This document shows, piece after piece, positions 62,473 through 64,000 of a DNA stretch of 64,000 bases (position 1 is its first letter; every line of letters begins with the position of its first letter). The notes below the pieces were generated by a model. It did no database searches. It worked only from the letters and a program-made list of their open reading frames with translations, and had not been told where the DNA came from. The stretch spans positions 96,001 to 160,000 of the forward strand of contig CBDBPB010000006.1 of NCBI GenBank assembly GCA_965208615.1, read 5' to 3'. Both the position numbers and the translations under genes were made by a program. Source of the DNA: Spirochaetota bacterium. GTDB taxonomy: Bacteria > Spirochaetota > UBA6919 > CBDBPB01.

Positions 62473-63264
62473 CTACAATACAGAATTCATATTTTCTATT
62501 ACCCTAACAACATTATATACTAAATTACCCCCATTTATGTTTTCCATAATGCTTTTTGTTATTGCACTACCAACAATTGCACCATCAGCTAACTCCACTA
62601 CCTCCTTAATGTGTTTTGGCGTAGATATTCCAAAACCTATACAAATAGGAAGGTTAGTCTTCTCCCTAAGACTGTTAATCATTGGCCTTATACTATCATT
62701 AAACTTTATCCTCTCACCAGTTATGCCAATAATAGATACAAAATATAAAAATCCCCTACACTCTTTAATAATTTTAGTTATTCTACTTTCAGAGGTAGCA
62801 GGGGTTATCAAAAAAATAATATCTATACCATAGTCATAAGCCAACTTATTAAAAGCCACGTCGGAGTCTGGGAGCAAATCTGGTATAATAAGTCCCTTTA
62901 TACCAATATCCTTAATCTTCTTTAAAAACCTGTTTAGCCCATAAGCAAATATCTGGTTAAAATAAATCATATATACAAAAGGAATATCTATTTCTGATGT
63001 CAACTTTTTAGTAGCTTTAAATATCTTAGTTAAAGTAATTCCTTTTTCTAAAGCATATGCCGCTCCCTGTTGAATGATTGGGCCGTCAGCTACTGGGTCT
63101 GTAAAAGGAATACCAAGCTCTATTACATCTGCATATTTAGAAGACTCCCTTATTATAGAACAACTAATATCAATATCTGGATAGCCCAATATAAAATATG
63201 GTATAAAAGCACCCTTTTTATTCTCTTTAGCTTTTCTAATGGCCTGTTTTATAGTTAAACCCAT
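62473..63264 (-). CDS. trpA: Tryptophan synthase alpha chain
   Basis: [43 protein letters not shown]; start placed at ATG 63264. Confidence 0.96.
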   Translation of the reverse strand: MGLTIKQAIRKAKENKKGAFIPYFILGYPDIDISCSIIRESSKYADVIELGIPFTDPVADGPIIQQGAAYALEKGITLTKIFKATKKLTSEIDIPFVYMIYFNQIFAYGLNRFLKKIKDIGIKGLIIPDLLPDSDVAFNKLAYDYGIDIIFLITPATSESRITKIIKECRGFLYFVSIIGITGERIKFNDSIRPMINSLREKTNLPICIGFGISTPKHIKEVVELADGAIVGSAITKSIMENINGGNLVYNVVRVIENMNSVL

Positions 63265-64000
63265 GATTCTTTTTTTCCTTAAGGAGTCTTTCAACCTCTG
63301 CAACGTCCTTATCCCCTCTGCCAGACAAATTGACTATAACAATATCACTTTTTTTTAACTTTAGCTTTTTAAGATAAGCAATGGCATGGGATGACTCTAT
63401 AGCAGGAATAATGCCCTCTAAACGAGAAAGCTTAATAAAACTTTCTAATGCCTCATCATCAGTAATAAAATCATAACTAACACGACCAATCCTTTTTAAA
63501 TAACTATGCTCAGGACCCACACCAGGATAATCTAAACCAGCAGAAATAGAATGAACTTCTTTTATATAACCGTTTTGATCAAATAATAAAAAGCTCTTAC
63601 TGCCATGAAGCACTCCTACCCTACCCTTTGTTAAAGTAGCGGCATGTTTATCAGTCTCAATGCCATATCCCCCTGCCTCTACCCCATACATTTTAACAGC
63701 TTCTTCTTCTAAAAATGGATAAAATAAACCAATAGCATTACTCCCCCCACCAACACAGGCAACTAAAACATTAGGCAGTCTATTTTCCTTATCTATTATC
63801 TGTTTTTTAACTTCTTCTCCAATAACTTTTTGAAAGTTTCTTACTATAACAGGAAATGGATGAGGTCCAGCAACAGAGCCTAAAACATAATGAGTTGTTT
63901 TTACATTAGTGGTCCAATCCCTTAAAGCCTCATTAAGAGCGTCTTTAAGAGTTTGACTGCCAGAACTTACCCCTATAACTTTTGCACCCAAAAGCCTCAT
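63236..64000 (-). CDS. trpB: Tryptophan synthase beta chain (5' part outside window)
   Basis: [49 protein letters not shown]. Confidence 0.97.
   Translation of the reverse strand: MRLLGAKVIGVSSGSQTLKDALNEALRDWTTNVKTTHYVLGSVAGPHPFPVIVRNFQKVIGEEVKKQIIDKENRLPNVLVACVGGGSNAIGLFYPFLEEEAVKMYGVEAGGYGIETDKHAATLTKGRVGVLHGSKSFLLFDQNGYIKEVHSISAGLDYPGVGPEHSYLKRIGRVSYDFITDDEALESFIKLSRLEGIIPAIESSHAIAYLKKLKLKKSDIVIVNLSGRGDKDVAEVERLLKEKKNHGFNYKTGH

Noticed and set aside
63236-63303. TrpB-TrpA fusion or unusual overlap
   Set aside because: With trpA starting at 63264 the overlap is short and ordinary; it also depends on an A-run in an error-prone region.

Overview
AT-rich core-chromosome segment of a diderm bacterium, by inference a spirochaete (spirochaete-like lipoboxes, tandem Crp-like genes, long LptA, futalosine menaquinone pathway). 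It holds about 55 CDS, mostly housekeeping (trpS end, glmS, hemL, apt, panC, glgA/glgC, mqnE-A-C, purB, gcvH, folC, lptC-lptA-lptB-rpoN-hpf-ptsN-ptsH, nusB, hflX, prfA-prmC, murC, accD, trpBA), plus tRNA-Ala(GGC) and tRNA-Arg(CCT). No CRISPR, prophage, IS or rRNA was seen. Main observations: (1) a GC-rich ~100-nt structured RNA upstream of glgC (46461-46564, minus) with a sigma28-like promoter, an anti-SD loop and a terminator; it may be an attenuator/riboswitch or a trans-acting sRNA, and its loop is complementary to the RBS of the TPR pseudokinase gene; (2) signalling pseudo-enzymes: a 1450-aa TPR histidine-kinase-like protein without the phospho-His, and a stand-alone CheB without the catalytic His; (3) cyclic-nucleotide genes: a deaminase-like amidohydrolase with two cNMP-binding proteins, and a very large DUF2628-CHASE2 adenylate cyclase; (4) a dif-like site at 56790-56817 where strand bias flips, suggesting the replication terminus. 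Frameshifts cluster at about 54-62 kb and hit essential genes, so they are most likely assembly errors.
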